Position numbers and translations under genes: made by a program. Shown piece after piece: positions 61,501 to 64,000 of a DNA stretch of 64,000 nucleotides. How positions within the stretch are numbered: position 1 is the first letter of the stretch; the number at the start of each line of letters is the position of its first letter. The DNA lies in the NCBI GenBank assembly GCA_043228905.1, contig JBHGNT010000007.1, forward strand, positions 17,484,001 to 17,548,000. The letters are read 5' to 3'. A model generated the notes under the pieces. That model made no database searches, was not told the origin of the DNA, and saw nothing but the letters and a program-made list of their open reading frames with translations. Source of the stretch: Azolla caroliniana. Taxonomy: Eukaryota > Plantae > Polypodiophyta.

Positions 61501-64000
61501 TCAAACAGAATTGGAGGAAAAATATAATTCCCTTCCGGCGAGGAAAAGCCAAGGTACGAGTACCAACACAGCCAAGGACGAGCACTGGCAAGGAACATAC
61601 ACCGTTGTATGCAGAGTGCGTCAACATGCTAGAAGGGTTAGCTGATGAAGAAGAAGCTCAGTACTTGTAGGAAAACCCGAAGATCGTACCCCTCTTCGAA
61701 ATTGACATTGCCGACGCAGTAGCACCATACTTACCGCAGCCGGAAGAGGCTGAAGCAGAACCGGATAAAGACGCAATCCGAGAGTTACGACAAGCGCAGG
61801 AAGCGTTGGAACGAGAAATGGCGGTTTCACAGCGCGTAAAAGCGTCGCAACTTGAAGAGGTGAACCTAGGGACCACGGACGAAGCAAAACCGGTGCACAT
61901 CGCCAAGGAGATGAAGTCCGAAGACAAAACGGCGATGATCACACTTCTCACGGAATTTCGCGACGAGTTCGCCTGGTCATACGAAGACATGTGAGGGCTC
62001 GACCCTCAGTTATACCAGCATCAGATTCACTTGAGCAAGGACGCAAAACCAGTGGCACAAAGACGGTACCGGATGAATCCCAATTATGCTGCCAAAGTCA
62101 AGGAGGAAATCGACAAACTGTTAAGAATTGGCTTTATCCGTCCGGTAAAGAAAGTGACATGGCTAAGCCCGATTGTAGTCGTACCGAAGAAGAACGGAAA
62201 AATTCGAGTTTGTGTGGACTACCGGAAACTCAATGCGGCTACAATAACGGATGCGTTTCCACTTCCGTTCATAGATGGAGTGTTGGATGTCGTCGCCGGC
62301 CATGAGGTTTATAGATTTCTAGACGGATTCAGTGGGTATAATCAGATCCGGATGCACCCCGACGACCAAGAGAAAACGGCTTTCGTCACCGAATGGGGGG
62401 TGTTTGTGGCCGTGGTGATGATGTTCAGACTCAAAACGGCACCGGCAACATTTCAACGAATCATCATGGAAATATTTGGTGAATATATCTTGGCTTTTAT
62501 GCAAGTTTTCCTTGACGATTTCGCCATCTATAGCCGGGAGGAGGACCATTTTCAGCACCTCCGTCTTTGTCTAGAAAAGTGTAGAGCGTACCGGCTAAGC
62601 TTGAATCCGGCGAAGTGTGTATTTGGCGTGTCCAGTGGAACCTTACTAGGACATATTGTGAGCCAGGAAGGCATTGCAGTCGACCCAGACAAAGTGAAAG
62701 CCATATTAGAAGCACCGATGCCGGCAACGACAAAGGCATTGAGCCGGTTCTTAGGCCAGATCCGGTGGCACAGCCGGATGCTCCGATACTTGGCCGACCT
62801 GGCTACACCGTTGCATGTCGTCATACATCGGACACCATTCCGGTGGACCGACACCGAGGATAGGGCGTATAGGGCCCTCAAGGTACTATTGTCGCAAGCA
62901 CCGGTAGTGCAGCCTCCGGATTGGAGTAAAGAATTTCATGTGTTCGTGGACGCCTTCGACATCGCAATCGGAAGTGTACTGATGCAGCTTACGGAGCCAA
63001 AGTGGTACCGGCCAGTGTACTATGCCAGTCGAAAGCTATCCCAAGCGGAACGGAACTATTCTACCACGGAACGGGAAGCTCTAGGGATGATCTACAGTGT
63101 GACAAAGTTTCGGCATTATTTATTGGGAAGGAAGTTTTCCTTTCATGTAGATCATTCGGCACTCCTCTACCTGGTGTCCAAGGCGTCACTCACCGGTAAG
63201 TTATCCCGGTGGACCTTACTGTTACAGGAATTCGAGTTCAAAATATTCCATCGACCCGGTATACAGCATGCCGTAGCGGATTATTTAAGCCGATTAGAGT
63301 CCGGAGAGACGGGCGACGGAGTAGCGGACGAGTTTCCGGATGCAGAGCTGTTTCGAGTCACTACAGAAACTGCAGCAGATGAATCGGTGGCACAAGAAGA
63401 CAAGTGGCTCACAAACATGCACCAGTTTCTGAGCACAGGACTGCCTCCGGAGGAGATGAACCAGGACGAAAGGAAACGCCTGGCGGTGCAAAGCCGACAT
63501 TTCTGCTTACTGCAAGACACACTTTACCACAAGGGCGCGGACGGCATATGGAGACGGGTTGTGTGCAGCGATGAAAAGGACCTCATACTGAGGGAAGCCC
63601 ACTGCGGAGTTGCCGGAGGTCACTATGCCAGAGGTGCGATGGCCAGGAAAATATGGCAAAGTGGCCTATGGTGGCCAACTACATTAAGAGATGTTGTACG
63701 GTACGCAAAAGAATGTGACCTATGCCAACGAATGGGCCAGCCAACGGAGCAGGCTCGAATGCCACACCAGCCTGTACTACCACTCGAACCATTCCAGAAG
63801 TGGGGGCTGGACTTTGTTGGACCGTTCAAACCACCGGCAATGAGAATAGGTAATCGGTACGTCATCGTCGCGACGGATTACTGCACGAAATGGGTGGAGG
63901 CCAAAGCCTTAAGAGACAACACCGATGCGTCAAAGGCAAAATTTCTATACGAATACATCTAGTGCCGTTACGGATGCCCAATCAAATTAATAAGCGACCA
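58572..64000 (+). mobile_element. Ty3/Gypsy non-chromovirus (Athila/Tat-related) element, running off the window
   Basis: LTR 58572-58940 (TGTAAG...TTAACA) and PBS TGGCGACCAC at 58948. gag with CCHC knuckles, [28 protein letters not shown], RNaseH YASRKLS..ERNY, INT HHCC and WGLDFVGP. Scattered stops. Confidence 0.95.

Overview
Eukaryotic, repeat-rich land-plant nuclear DNA. A fern or other seed-free vascular plant is likely, inferred from the mix of Tcn1-like chromovirus, Penelope-like and RTEX-like elements plus a PLS-DYW PPR gene. There are two apparently intact host genes: a single-exon DYW-type PPR RNA-editing factor (10741-13398, -) and a five-exon TBC/Rab-GAP (GYP7-like) gene (36803-42977, +). 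The rest is mostly nested mobile DNA: several Copia elements (one full length with LTRs, PBS, PPT and TSD), two Gypsy elements, solo LTRs with 4-bp TSDs, RTEX-like and L1-like LINEs, a Penelope-like element with a hammerhead ribozyme, and MITEs. The most unusual signals are: (1) a ~3 kb higher-order tandem array of decayed tRNA-Arg(ACG) genes containing an inserted, partly inverted 25S rRNA fragment; (2) tRNA-like A/B-box cassettes in the U3 of three LTRs; (3) an 11-nt Tf1-type self-priming signal; (4) an intronless AIG2/GGCT retrocopy fused in frame to Copia RT. All calls come from reading the sequence by eye; no searches were run.
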